Origin: Spirochaetia bacterium
Lineage (GTDB): Bacteria; Spirochaetota; Spirochaetia; CAKZLE01
Direction of reading: 5' to 3'
Assembly (NCBI GenBank): GCA_963677595.1
Contig: OY782041.1
Coordinates: forward strand, 3,488,001 to 3,552,000
DNA length: 64,000 nucleotides
Part shown: piece after piece, positions 10,314 to 20,294 of the stretch
Position numbering within the stretch: position 1 is the first letter of the stretch
Layout: each line of letters begins with the position of its first letter
The notes under the pieces: generated by a model
What the model saw: the letters and a program-made list of their open reading frames with translations, nothing else
Database searches by the model: none
Told to the model about the DNA's origin: nothing
Made by a program: the position numbers and the translations under genes

Positions 10314-11216
10314 CTATTCTACTTCCACCGTGATATGGCTGCAGCTGCAGCGCGAGCGAATCTGGTCAGTGAATACCTGCTTGTCGAAGGACTCGCCGGG
10401 GTGTACCTGCAGGATGACCGCTTTCCCCGACTCCGAGGTCTTCCAGATGTGCAGGTCCTGTATGACCGTACCGGTCGATCCGGCGATCTCGGAGATCATC
10501 TTCTCATCCTCTGCTGCCGGGTGGTAGTCGACTAAGAGCTTTCCCGAAGAGAGGAGCAGGGAATATGCCCACTTGAGGATCACGACAGCCCCGAGGATGG
10601 CGACGGCGGCATCAGGCCAGGTATGTCCGAGGAAACGACCGGTGAGCAGTGCCCCGATCGCCAGCACCGAGGTCAGGGCATCGGTGATGACATGGACATA
10701 GGCGGCCCGAAGGTTGTGGTCCTGGTGGTCATGATCATGAGAATGACCATGATCATGATGGTGATGTTCATGGCCCCCTGCTGAGAGCAGGGCGGCACTG
10801 ACGAGGTTGACGGCCAGCCCGAGCACCGCGACCAGGAGGGCCTGGTCGAAGCGTATCGTCTCAGGGTGGATCAGCCTGCCGATCGCCTCATAGCCCATGT
10901 AGAGGGCCGTGATGCCGAGCAGGATGGCGTTGGTATAACCTCCGAGGATCCCCACCTTGCCGGTGGAGAAGGCGAAGTTGGGGTTATGTGCATGCCTGCC
11001 GGCAAGCACATAGGCGATGAGGGTGATGACCAGTGCGAAGGTATGTGTCCCCATATGGATCCCGTCTGCAAGCAGGGCCATGGACCCGGTAATCAGCCCG
11101 TAGGTGATCTCCGCGACCATCGTCAGGAGGGTGATGACCACGACGATTGCTGTCCTCCTCATGGGGGAGCGGCTGTGTGCATGGTCTATATGCTGGCTGC
11201 AGGTTCGTTCGTTCAT
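10314..11216 (-). CDS. dmeF: CDF-family Co/Ni/Zn efflux transporter, DmeF-like
   Basis: GSMALLADGIHMGTH, a His-rich loop and DHNLRAAYVHVITDALTS. Confidence 0.85.
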   Translation of the reverse strand: MNERTCSQHIDHAHSRSPMRRTAIVVVITLLTMVAEITYGLITGSMALLADGIHMGTHTFALVITLIAYVLAGRHAHNPNFAFSTGKVGILGGYTNAILLGITALYMGYEAIGRLIHPETIRFDQALLVAVLGLAVNLVSAALLSAGGHEHHHHDHGHSHDHDHQDHNLRAAYVHVITDALTSVLAIGALLTGRFLGHTWPDAAVAILGAVVILKWAYSLLLSSGKLLVDYHPAAEDEKMISEIAGSTGTVIQDLHIWKTSESGKAVILQVHPGESFDKQVFTDQIRSRCSCSHITVEVE

Positions 11217-11228
11217 TCGCTGGTTCTC

Positions 11229-11639
11229 CTATAGGATCGTGATGAGGGACTCGAGGTCCCGGAAGAAGCTGCTGCTCTCCTCCTCCCCGAGGGTTTCCGT
11301 GATCTCGTCGATCAGGTGCCCGTGCATATGGTGGTGGTTGTCGTACTCCTGCCTGCCGGACTCCGTTAGCTTGATGAAGAAAGAGCGTCCATCCTCCGGG
11401 TCCTTCTCACGTACCAGATACCCCTTCGAGACGAGCCGGTGGACCATCACCGTCAGGGTCCCGGTGGTGACGCCGAGCCTCTCGGAGAGCTCCTTCATGC
11501 GAAGCGTCCCATGGTTCCCGACGACCTCGAGCAGGTGCATCTGGGCAAGGGAGATCTCCCGCCCCTCCACGATACCGTTTTCCCAGGAGGTCATCCTCTC
11601 GAAGAACTCGACTAAGATATTCGAATATGTTTCATTCAT
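11229..11639 (-). CDS. MarR-family regulator with a His cluster (AdcR/ZitR-like)
   Basis: Winged HTH (MKELSERLGVTTGTLT...DPEDGRSF), then HHHMHGH in helix 5. Confidence 0.85.
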   Translation of the reverse strand: MNETYSNILVEFFERMTSWENGIVEGREISLAQMHLLEVVGNHGTLRMKELSERLGVTTGTLTVMVHRLVSKGYLVREKDPEDGRSFFIKLTESGRQEYDNHHHMHGHLIDEITETLGEEESSSFFRDLESLITIL

Positions 11640-11648
11640 AGTATTTAC

Positions 11649-11688
11649 CTTGATAATCAAGATACATCTAGATAGTTTGAATGTCAAG
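11649..11688 (-). promoter_or_regulatory. marR-dmeF promoter with two TTGA-N3-TCAA operators
   Basis: TTGACA (11687-11682)-17 nt-TATCTT (11664-11659). Palindromes CTTGATAATCAAG (11649-61) and TTTGAATGTCAAG (11676-88) overlap the -10 and -35. Confidence 0.65.
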
Positions 11689-11753
11689 ATAGTTTAGGGA
11701 GAATGTTCTTCTATCGTATGTACGAAAAGGGGGAGGAGGACCGTCCTTGTTTG

Positions 11754-12542
11754 TTAGGGGGTATACCGCAGCTTGCGTGAGATCTCCTTGCCGTACCGTA
11801 TCACCTCATTGAGCATGAAGTTGAACTTGTTCCTATTATGGTAGTCCTGGATATGGCCGACGATGCCTATGGCACAGACGACCTGTTTCGTGTAGTCATA
11901 GACCGGGACTGCAAGGCTCCCTATGCCAAGGGAGTACTCTTCGAGATCGGTTGCGTACTTCCGCTCCTTAGCGAGGAAGATCTCCTGCTTATAGGTCTCG
12001 AGGTTGGTAATGGTCTTTTCCGTGTTCGTTGGGACGAACCGCCAGGCACGCCGCAGGAAGTTCTCCTGTTCCTGCTTCGGCATAAATGCGGTGAGGATCT
12101 TCCCGCTGGCAGTCAGGTTGATCGGGATCTTCTCCCTGATCGTCGACATGATCCCCACGGGTTTTGAGGGGAGCACCTGGTCGATGACCATGACCCCGTC
12201 ATCATGGACGACTGCCAGGGTGCAGGCCTGAACCGTCCGCTCCGCTATGGTTCGCATGAACGGTCGTGACTGGGTCGCTAAGTCATTCGCGTTCTGGACG
12301 TGTTGGGAGATCTCGAGGATCCGGGGGCCTGCGATGTATTTCCCGCTCGAGCGATAGTCACCGAGAAGGTAGTTCTTGTCCAGCAGAAGTCTCACGATCC
12401 GGTAGACCGAGGCTATCGGCAGGTCGAGTTCCTGAGCTATCTCCTGTGCGGATAATGATATGCTTGAAGCAGCGATGAGCTCTATGATCTGCAGGGTTCG
12501 CAGTGCTGAAGGAGGGTAGCTGCTGTCCGATGAATTCTGCAT
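11754..12542 (-). CDS. IclR-family transcriptional regulator
   Basis: N-terminal HTH, TASGKILTAF and YATDLEEYSLGIGSLAVPV. Divergent from the GRE operon. Confidence 0.9.
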   Translation of the reverse strand: MQNSSDSSYPPSALRTLQIIELIAASSISLSAQEIAQELDLPIASVYRIVRLLLDKNYLLGDYRSSGKYIAGPRILEISQHVQNANDLATQSRPFMRTIAERTVQACTLAVVHDDGVMVIDQVLPSKPVGIMSTIREKIPINLTASGKILTAFMPKQEQENFLRRAWRFVPTNTEKTITNLETYKQEIFLAKERKYATDLEEYSLGIGSLAVPVYDYTKQVVCAIGIVGHIQDYHNRNKFNFMLNEVIRYGKEISRKLRYTP

Positions 12543-12605
12543 CCTGAAGGTCCTCCATGGAGTGGTTGTTGAGAACTATATCATAATTCTTCATTCTCAG
12601 CAATA

Positions 12606-12759
12606 TATCAAATAAGATTATTAAAGTATCAAATATGATAATACAAATAAATATAGAAAAAAATTCTCGAGAAAAACCACTCATAAATGTATATATTATC
12701 ATATATGATATATATAAAATCATATAGAATTTGACAGCTGGAATTTTCGGTGCTAGTAT
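12606..12759 (+). promoter_or_regulatory. GRE-operon promoter and four TATCAWATATGATA-like operators
   Basis: Boxes start at 12606, 12627, 12697 (perfect palindrome TATCATATATGATA) and 12718. TTGACA (12731-36)-17 nt-TAGTAT (12754-59) with an extended TG. Confidence 0.7.
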
Positions 12760-12781
12760 TCCATCACAAGTGAGGTTTGAA

Positions 12782-13729
12782 ATGGGTCATGAAATTATCT
12801 CCATAGGCGGGCTGCTCGTTGAGATCATCAGGAAGGAACATGGAAGGACGCTGAGTGAGTCAGCAGACTTTGCCGGTCCCTATCCCAGTGGTGATACACC
12901 TATTTTCATCCATGCGGCTGCGAAGCTGGGAAAGGACTGCGGGTTCATCGGTTCCTGCGGGAATGATGCCTTCGGAGACTGTGTCTATGACCGGCTTGCT
13001 GCAAGCGGGGTCGATATGACGCATGTCAAGAAGATCCCCGGCTTGATGACCGGTACCACCTTCGTCATGTATGAGGAAGACGGCACGAGGAAGTTCATGT
13101 ACCACCTGCAGAACTCCGGTTCAGCGGTGGTCACGATCGACGATGTGAGTTCAGAGTACTTCAAGGGCTGTAAGTGGGTGCATTATACCGCATTCAACCT
13201 TGAGATCAGTGACTCGGTCAGGAGTGCTATCTACCGTTCCATGCAGCTGCTGGATGATGACACGATCGTGAGTTTCGACCCTAACGTCCGATTCGAGCTC
13301 TATTCACCGGAACAGCTCAAGAAGATGTGTGAACCGATCCTGAAGCGGGCAAACGTGATCCTGCCGAGCCAGTACGAGTTCTCCAGGATGTACGGCAAGA
13401 CTGATGATGAGGTCTGTACTGAATGGATGGACAAGGGCAAGCTCGTGATCCTCAAGCTTGCAGACCAGGGCTGCCGCATCTACGAGAAGGGAAAGATCGT
13501 GGATGTTGCACCGTTCAGGACTGTTGAGATCGATGCTACCGGGGCAGGAGATATCTTCTGTGCAGCATTTGCCGTTGCCAGGCTGGATGGTAAGTCGATC
13601 CATGATGCAGCGGTCTACGCGAATGCAGCCGGCGCCTTCTCGGTCACCAGGATGGGGCCGATGGAGGGAACCGTCTCCAAGGAAGAGCTTGAGGAGTTCC
13701 TCAGGACCGAACAGGCTGAGATCTTTTAA
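12782..13729 (+). CDS. PfkB-family sugar kinase (1)
   Basis: GNDAFG, SFDPNVR and DATGAGDIF ribokinase-family motifs. Confidence 0.9.
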   Translation: MGHEIISIGGLLVEIIRKEHGRTLSESADFAGPYPSGDTPIFIHAAAKLGKDCGFIGSCGNDAFGDCVYDRLAASGVDMTHVKKIPGLMTGTTFVMYEEDGTRKFMYHLQNSGSAVVTIDDVSSEYFKGCKWVHYTAFNLEISDSVRSAIYRSMQLLDDDTIVSFDPNVRFELYSPEQLKKMCEPILKRANVILPSQYEFSRMYGKTDDEVCTEWMDKGKLVILKLADQGCRIYEKGKIVDVAPFRTVEIDATGAGDIFCAAFAVARLDGKSIHDAAVYANAAGAFSVTRMGPMEGTVSKEELEEFLRTEQAEIF

Positions 13730-13782
13730 TTATTTGGGAATCGATCTTCGTATGGAAGATTTGAATAAACAGGAGGACTGAT

Positions 13783-14784
13783 ATGAAACGAGTATTGATG
13801 ATTATGCTGGTCATGATCTCTCTGACAGGGATGCTGTTCGCAGCAGGAGCTCAGGAAGCTTCAGACAAGGGCGATTATGAGATCGTTGTGGTACCGAAGG
13901 ATGCAACCATCCCATGGTTCGTACGAATGGATGTTGGTGTGAAGGAGTTCGCTGCGGACTCAGGACTCAATGTCTACATGAAGGGACCTTCAGCTACTGA
14001 CGTGACCCAGCAGGCAGAAGTGATCGAGGACCTGATCGCACAGGGTGTTGATGCACTTTGTGTCGTACCTGTAGACCCTTCAGCTCTTGAGCCGGTACTG
14101 AAGAAGGCAATGGACAGGGGTATCGTCGTCGTTACCCATGAGGGATCGACCCAGAAGAACACCATGTACAATGTCGAGGCGTTTGACAACGCAGGATACG
14201 GTGCGTTCATCATGGACAACCTCGCTGCAGCGATGGGAGAGACTGGTGTTTACACTACCATGGTAGGACATGTCACCAACGCTTCCCACAACGAATGGGC
14301 AGATGGTGCCGTGAATCGACAGCTCGAGGCTTACCCGAACATGACACTCCTTGCTGCTGACCCCCGTGTCGAGATCATGGACGATGCAAGTGTCACCTAT
14401 GAGAAGGCAAAAGAGCTCTTCAAGAAGTATGCTGAACTCGAAGGTATCGTCGGGACTTCAGCACACGTCGTTGCGAATGTCCCGAGGGCGATCGAGGAAC
14501 TCGGTCTTGTTGACAAGGCATTCGTCAGTGGTACAGGCCTCCCGTCACAGGCTGGGCAGTACATCAAGAGCGGGTCAGTGAAGTCGATGACCCTCTGGGA
14601 CCCGGCAGATGCAGGCTATGTCATGGCTGCCCTTGCTGAGAAGATCCTCGATGGGGAAGAGATCACCAACGGTGTAGACCTTGGCAAGCCGGGGTATGAG
14701 AACATGATTCTCAAAGGCAACCAGCTGCAGGGTGCAGGGTGGATCACGATCGATGCATCCAACATCGACCAGTTCAACTTCTAA
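13783..14784 (+). CDS. Sugar ABC transporter substrate-binding protein (LsrB/RhaS-like)
   Basis: Signal peptide FAAGAQE, VVPKDATIPWF and LWDPADAG motifs. Confidence 0.88.
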   Translation: MKRVLMIMLVMISLTGMLFAAGAQEASDKGDYEIVVVPKDATIPWFVRMDVGVKEFAADSGLNVYMKGPSATDVTQQAEVIEDLIAQGVDALCVVPVDPSALEPVLKKAMDRGIVVVTHEGSTQKNTMYNVEAFDNAGYGAFIMDNLAAAMGETGVYTTMVGHVTNASHNEWADGAVNRQLEAYPNMTLLAADPRVEIMDDASVTYEKAKELFKKYAELEGIVGTSAHVVANVPRAIEELGLVDKAFVSGTGLPSQAGQYIKSGSVKSMTLWDPADAGYVMAALAEKILDGEEITNGVDLGKPGYENMILKGNQLQGAGWITIDASNIDQFNF

Positions 14785-14797
14785 TCTAGAATAAGAT

Positions 14798-14827
14798 GGG
14801 GCAGAGTTTAGCTCTGCCCCTGTTTTT
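14798..14827 (+). terminator. Intra-operon hairpin after the binding-protein gene
   Basis: GGGGCAGAGT-tta-GCTCTGCCCC followed by TGTTTTT. Confidence 0.6.
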
Positions 14828-14854
14828 CCTACAGAGAAAGCGGGTTTAATAATT

Positions 14855-16351
14855 ATGGATGAATACATACTGCGTGCGAAGGCGATCACCAAGAATTTCG
14901 CCGGAGTGCAGGCACTGCGGGGAGTCTCCCTGGACATCGGGAAGGGTGAGATCCACTGCCTCGCAGGAGAGAATGGAAGCGGGAAGTCGACATTGATCAA
15001 GATCATCTCCGGTGTAGAGGAGATGAACTCCGGTGAATTGGAGATCAAAGGCAAGTCCTATACGAAGATCACACCGATCGAGTCGATCAGGAACGGGATC
15101 CAGGTCATCTACCAGGACCTCTCAGTCTTCCCGAACCTCACGGTAAAAGAGAATCTAGCATATAATACGATCGTAGCTGACCGGAAGAAGATAATAAACT
15201 GGAAAGAGATCGAATCACTGGCCAAAGAGGCTTTGGGCAGGATCAACGTCAATATAGATCTGAATGCGATAGTGGGCGATCTCTCGATCGCTGACAAGCA
15301 GCTAATCGCTATATCGCGGGCGCTGCTGAATAATGCTGAGCTGATCATCATGGATGAGCCGACGACAGCCCTCACGAGGAGGGAGATCAACAACCTTTTC
15401 AAGATCATCAAGCAGCTGCAGGAACGGGGAATATCGATTCTCTTCGTCAGCCACAAGCTTGATGAGGTCTTCGAGATCTCGGACAGGTTCACCATCTTCC
15501 GGAATGGGGAGAATATCAAGAGCGGTGCTACCTCGGAACTCGATGACAAGAAGTTCACCTATTACATGACCGGTAGGGAATTCGAGGAGAAGAGGTTCTC
15601 CTACACCAGGCCGGATGATACGCCGCTTCTCTCGGTGAAGGACCTCACACTCAACCATGGGTTCTCTGATGTCTCGTTCGACCTCTATAAGGGTGAGATC
15701 CTCGGCATCACCGGACTGCTCGGTTCAGGAAGGGCAGAGTTGGCACTTGCCCTCAGCGGCTACTACAAGCCCGACAGCGGTACGTTCCGGCTCAAGGGTG
15801 AGGAGAAGAGATTCTCCAGCATCACCGATGCCATAGCATCGAATATCGGGTATGTGCCTGAAGACCGGCTCACTGAAGGGCTCTTCATGCCGAAGGCAAT
15901 TGGGCGGAACATCATCCTGCCGAAGATCCAGAAGTTCGCGAGTCGGTTCGGATTCCTCAACAAGCAGGCGATCCAGGACGAAATCGACTCCTGGGTATCC
16001 AGGCTGGCGATCAAGACACCGGATGCCGCGAATCCCGTACGGACATTATCAGGGGGGAATCAGCAGCGGGTCGTGCTGGCAAAGTGGCTGGCGATCAATC
16101 CCGAGGTGCTGATCCTCAACGGGCCGACGGTCGGAGTAGACATCGGTTCTAAATATGATATCCACGAAGTCATCAAGGAACTCTCATCCAAGGGGATCGG
16201 CGTGATCGTCATCTCCGATGACCTGCCGGAGATCCTGTCTGTCTGCAGCAGGGTCCTCATCATGAAGGCCGGCAGGGTGACCTCAGAATATGAGACGGCT
16301 GACATGCAGGTCCATGAACTGACGGTTGAGATGACCGAAGATATCGAGTAG
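14855..16351 (+). CDS. Sugar ABC transporter ATP-binding protein (two ABC domains, CUT2)
   Basis: GENGSGKS, MDEPT, LSGGNQQR and PTVGVDIGSK. Confidence 0.92.
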   Translation: MDEYILRAKAITKNFAGVQALRGVSLDIGKGEIHCLAGENGSGKSTLIKIISGVEEMNSGELEIKGKSYTKITPIESIRNGIQVIYQDLSVFPNLTVKENLAYNTIVADRKKIINWKEIESLAKEALGRINVNIDLNAIVGDLSIADKQLIAISRALLNNAELIIMDEPTTALTRREINNLFKIIKQLQERGISILFVSHKLDEVFEISDRFTIFRNGENIKSGATSELDDKKFTYYMTGREFEEKRFSYTRPDDTPLLSVKDLTLNHGFSDVSFDLYKGEILGITGLLGSGRAELALALSGYYKPDSGTFRLKGEEKRFSSITDAIASNIGYVPEDRLTEGLFMPKAIGRNIILPKIQKFASRFGFLNKQAIQDEIDSWVSRLAIKTPDAANPVRTLSGGNQQRVVLAKWLAINPEVLILNGPTVGVDIGSKYDIHEVIKELSSKGIGVIVISDDLPEILSVCSRVLIMKAGRVTSEYETADMQVHELTVEMTEDIE

Positions 16352-16369
16352 ATAGGTGAGGTAAGAACA

Positions 16370-17365
16370 TTGAACAAGCTACTGAAAAAGAATGAATTCT
16401 ATGTCTTTCTGACAATCATATTACTCAGCCTGATCATACAGATGCGAAGCGGCCAGTTCTTCACGCCGAACAACATCGTGGATCTCGTGGTATCGATGAT
16501 CGTACCTGCGATGCTGAGTCTCAGTGCCTTCCTGGTGATCATATCAGGCGGCATTGATGTATCGTTCCCGGCAATTGCATCGTTGAGCATGTATGTGACG
16601 ACAGAGTTGATGGTGAAGTTAAACTTCGCAGGCCCGATCTGGGTGGTGTACCTCATTGCTGCCGGCATCGGGATCCTGCTGGGTTCCTTCAACGGCCTGC
16701 TGGTCGTGCTGCTGAAGCTGCCGACCCTGATCATCACGCTGGGTACCTCGAGCGTATTCATAGGCATCATGCTCGGAGCCCTGAAAGCCCGGGAGATCGC
16801 TGACCTGCCCGTAACCATGCAGTCCTTCGGCAATGCGTCGCTGTTGGTGGCAAGGAACGCCGAGAGCGGCCTTACTTCGAACTTGCCGCCGACGGTCCTG
16901 CTGCTTGGAGGGATCGTGCTGATCCTCTTCCTGCTGCTGAAGTTCACCGTACTCGGGCGCTCGATCTACGCAGTAGGTGGTGATGAGATCGCCGCAAGGC
17001 GGTCCGGTTTCCCGGTAGACAAGACCAAGATCTTCGTCTACATGCTCTCAGGCTGTATCGCCGGGATCGCAGGGATCTCACGTGTCTGCATGCTGCAGAA
17101 CTGCTATCCGACCAACCTGCTCGGAACTGAGTTGAACGCTATCGCAGCGGTAGTCCTCGGTGGTGCGAGCATCACAGCCGGGGGGATCGGCACACTGACC
17201 GGGGCCCTCCTGGGAACTGCGCTGATCACGATCATGGCCAACAGTATGATCCTTCTGGGAATACCGACCTACTGGCAGAGTTTCTCTACCGGTATGCTCA
17301 TCCTGGTAGGAATCGGGGTGTCGGCATATCAGACGATGAGAGCCCAGACTCGAATCAAAGATTAA
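16370..17365 (+). CDS. Sugar ABC transporter permease
   Basis: SGGIDVSF, YAVGG and AAVVLGG RbsC-type motifs. TTG start. Confidence 0.9.
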   Translation: MNKLLKKNEFYVFLTIILLSLIIQMRSGQFFTPNNIVDLVVSMIVPAMLSLSAFLVIISGGIDVSFPAIASLSMYVTTELMVKLNFAGPIWVVYLIAAGIGILLGSFNGLLVVLLKLPTLIITLGTSSVFIGIMLGALKAREIADLPVTMQSFGNASLLVARNAESGLTSNLPPTVLLLGGIVLILFLLLKFTVLGRSIYAVGGDEIAARRSGFPVDKTKIFVYMLSGCIAGIAGISRVCMLQNCYPTNLLGTELNAIAAVVLGGASITAGGIGTLTGALLGTALITIMANSMILLGIPTYWQSFSTGMLILVGIGVSAYQTMRAQTRIKD

Positions 17366-17380
17366 TGACAGGAGAATCAG

Positions 17381-18400
17381 GTGAATACTAAGCATAATAA
17401 CGGCTTCTTAACAACGTTAGACAGATTGTATAAGAAGGACACGAACTACGGAAGATTACTGATCATCCTGATCATATCGGTGGTGTTCCTCGGGATACTG
17501 AAACCCTCGAAGTTCCTGACCTTCTACTCCTTCCAGTCGATGGCATACCAGTTCCCGCAGTTCGGGCTGCTTTCCCTCGGTGTCATGATTGCTATGATCA
17601 GCGGCGGTATCGACCTCTCTGTGGTCGGGATTGCCAACCTCTCTGCAGTCATGGCGGCTAAGACCCTGCTCGTCCTCATCCAGGAGGATTCCACGGGTAT
17701 TTCCCTCGGGTTTGGGATCATCATCGTCATCCTCGTTGGACTGGTGGTCGGCATGATCGCCGGCCTGCTCAACGGGCTGTTGATCTCGAGGATCGGTATA
17801 CCTCCTATCCTGGCGACGTTGGCGACCATGCAGCTCTTCAGGGGTGTCACAGTCGTCCTCACGGAAGGCAGGGCGGTGAGCCATCTGCCTATCCAGTTCT
17901 CGAATATGGGGAATGCGACGATCTTCGGGATCATACCTGTACCGACCCTCATATTCATCCTTGCAGCCCTCGGGGTCAGCATCCTGCTCTCGAAGACCGT
18001 CTACGGTGAGAGGCTCTTCATGCTGGGGACGAACCCTGTTGCCGCCCTCTACAGTGGGCTGAAGATCAAGAACCTCTTGGTCAGGGCTTATATGCTCTCC
18101 GGAGTGATGGCAGCCCTCGCAGGGATGGTCATGATGGCCAGGATGAACTCGGCACGAGCCGACTACGGCACGCAGTATACCCTGCAGAGTATCCTGGTGG
18201 TCGTTCTCGGGGGAGTCGATCCGAACGGGGGTACCGGCCGCGTCGGGACGGTAGTGCTGGCGATCATCGTGCTGCAGATGCTCTCCACCGGGCTGAACAT
18301 GTTCCCCTCGATAAGTAACTTCTACCGGTCGTTCATCTGGGGGATGGTCCTGCTGGTCATCCTCGGCTGGAACGCTCTCCACAAGCGGAAGAACTCGTAG
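17381..18400 (+). CDS. Sugar ABC transporter permease
   Basis: SGGIDLSV, PPILATL and VVLGG RbsC-type motifs. GTG start after AGGAG. Confidence 0.9.
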   Translation: MNTKHNNGFLTTLDRLYKKDTNYGRLLIILIISVVFLGILKPSKFLTFYSFQSMAYQFPQFGLLSLGVMIAMISGGIDLSVVGIANLSAVMAAKTLLVLIQEDSTGISLGFGIIIVILVGLVVGMIAGLLNGLLISRIGIPPILATLATMQLFRGVTVVLTEGRAVSHLPIQFSNMGNATIFGIIPVPTLIFILAALGVSILLSKTVYGERLFMLGTNPVAALYSGLKIKNLLVRAYMLSGVMAALAGMVMMARMNSARADYGTQYTLQSILVVVLGGVDPNGGTGRVGTVVLAIIVLQMLSTGLNMFPSISNFYRSFIWGMVLLVILGWNALHKRKNS

Positions 18401-18448
18401 GGTGGGCAGTTGCGTAAGTGTAAAAATCATTTCATAGAGGAGTCAAAT

Positions 18449-19399
18449 ATGAGATTCGATATAGTCTCGATCGGTGCACTTCTGGTTGAGATCATGAGAA
18501 AGGACAAGAACCAGGATTTTAATGTACCGGCTGAGTTCATGGGGCCGTTTCCCAGCGGGGATACCCCGATATTCATCAATGCCGCCTCGAAACTGGGCTT
18601 CAAGTGCGGGTTCATCGGGACCGTCGGCAATGACGGGTTTGGGCAGTGCGTGATCGAGCGTCTCCAAGAGAATCATGTGGACACCGAGTGCATCAGGGTG
18701 ATCGACAGCCTCTCCACGGCAGTGACCTTCATTGCCTATTTTACCGGCGGGAACAGGAAGTTCCTCTACCACCTGCACAATGCAGCTGCCGGAGATCTGA
18801 GGCCATCTGATGTGAAGAAAGAGTATGTCAGTGATACCAAATGGGTTCATCTTACCGGATTCGGCCTCTCAGGGAGCGTGAGTTCCCGTGAAGCTGCCCT
18901 GAAGATCCTCGACTATATTCCCGATTCGGTACAGGTGAGTTTCGATCCCAATATCAGGACGGAAGCCCTGAGCCTTGAAGAACTCAGGGAGATCTCGATG
19001 CCGGTGATCGAGCGCTGCAGCGTCTTCCTTCCCAGCGAAGGCGAAGCAAAGGAGATCATGGGGATGGACAGTGATGAGGAAGCCTGCAGGTACCTTGCAT
19101 CCCAGGGAAAGATCGTTGCCCAAAAACTTGGGCCTGCGGGGAGCAGGATCTATGCAGGGGACCAGGTGATCGCCGTACCGTCATTCCCTGCAGTTGAAGT
19201 GGATCCGACCGGTGCAGGCGACACCTTCAGTGCCGCGTTCATCGGGGCGCTGATCGAAGGTAAGGATCTCTATGATGCGGGGCTATTCGCGAACACTGCG
19301 GCAATGCTCTCCATCGGCAAGAAGGGCCCTATGGAAGGAGCTCCTTCCAGGGCTGAGGTGGATGACTTCCTCAAAGAGAAAACTGAAGCAGTAATCTAA
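18449..19399 (+). CDS. PfkB-family sugar kinase (2), paralog of 12782
   Basis: GPFPSGDTPIFI, GNDGFG, SFDPNIR and DPTGAGDTF. GAGGAG SD. Confidence 0.9.
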   Translation: MRFDIVSIGALLVEIMRKDKNQDFNVPAEFMGPFPSGDTPIFINAASKLGFKCGFIGTVGNDGFGQCVIERLQENHVDTECIRVIDSLSTAVTFIAYFTGGNRKFLYHLHNAAAGDLRPSDVKKEYVSDTKWVHLTGFGLSGSVSSREAALKILDYIPDSVQVSFDPNIRTEALSLEELREISMPVIERCSVFLPSEGEAKEIMGMDSDEEACRYLASQGKIVAQKLGPAGSRIYAGDQVIAVPSFPAVEVDPTGAGDTFSAAFIGALIEGKDLYDAGLFANTAAMLSIGKKGPMEGAPSRAEVDDFLKEKTEAVI

Positions 19400-19436
19400 C
19401 CGTCTGCGTACGGATTTGAATGAATTGGAGTTGAAC

Positions 19437-20285
19437 ATGGTAATAGACATACATGCCCATCCGGGCTTCATCAAGGAGATCAGTGAGGACTCAGAGCGGG
19501 TAGCGTTCAGGAGGGAGAGCTTCTTCCTCTACAAGCAGCACGTATGGCCGATAGAGCTGGTCATCAAGCAGCTCGATGCGGCTGGGATCGACAAGTCGGT
19601 CCTGCTGCCGGAAGATGTCACGACACGGTGGGGTGACACGATCGTCTCGAACGAGGAGGTCGCGAAGCTCGTTGAGCTCGTCCCGGACCGGTTCATCGGG
19701 TTCGCGAGCGTCGACCCGAACCGGGAGGATGCCGTCGAGGTGCTCGAGCAGGCCTTCACCGACTACAAGCTCTCAGGGTTGAAGCTCAACCCGTCGAACC
19801 AGCGGTTCTACCCGCAGGATGAGAAGCTCGCACCGATCTATGAACTGTGCGTGAAGCACAACAAGCCGATCCTCTTCCATGCAGGGATGACCTGGCTCAA
19901 GGAGTCGCCGGCAAAATACTCACAGCCGCTGAACTTCGAGGACGTGGCGATCGGGTACCCGGAACTGCGGATCAGCCTCGGCCACTTCGGGTGGCCGTGG
20001 GTGATGGACACGGCGATGCTGCTGCTGAAGTACCCGAACGTCTATGCGGACACAGCACTGCTCTACTTCGACTCCCCGAAGCAGTTCTTCGATACGACCT
20101 TCAACAACCAGCTCGGTCCCTACTGGATCGACCGGATGCTCGCTGACAAGGTCATGTTCGGGTCGAACTACCCGAGGATCGAGCAGAAGCGGATGAAGGA
20201 TGCCCTCGACGTGCTGAAGCTGCGGGATGTGAACCGGAAGAAGGTACTCGGCGGGAACGCAATGAGATTCCTCAGTATAGAATAG
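19437..20285 (+). CDS. Amidohydrolase_2-family metal-dependent hydrolase/decarboxylase
   Basis: IDIHAH, GLKLNP, ILFHAG, GHFGWP, NVYADT and MFGSNYP. Confidence 0.85.
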   Translation: MVIDIHAHPGFIKEISEDSERVAFRRESFFLYKQHVWPIELVIKQLDAAGIDKSVLLPEDVTTRWGDTIVSNEEVAKLVELVPDRFIGFASVDPNREDAVEVLEQAFTDYKLSGLKLNPSNQRFYPQDEKLAPIYELCVKHNKPILFHAGMTWLKESPAKYSQPLNFEDVAIGYPELRISLGHFGWPWVMDTAMLLLKYPNVYADTALLYFDSPKQFFDTTFNNQLGPYWIDRMLADKVMFGSNYPRIEQKRMKDALDVLKLRDVNRKKVLGGNAMRFLSIE

Positions 20286-20294
20286 GAGAGAAAG

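Noticed and set aside
12580-12730. AT-rich repeated tracts (also 38760-38950 and 57130-57290) as a CRISPR leader/array or replication origin
   Set aside because: No regularly spaced repeat-spacer units, cas genes or DnaA-box cluster. They are better explained as divergent promoters and operators.
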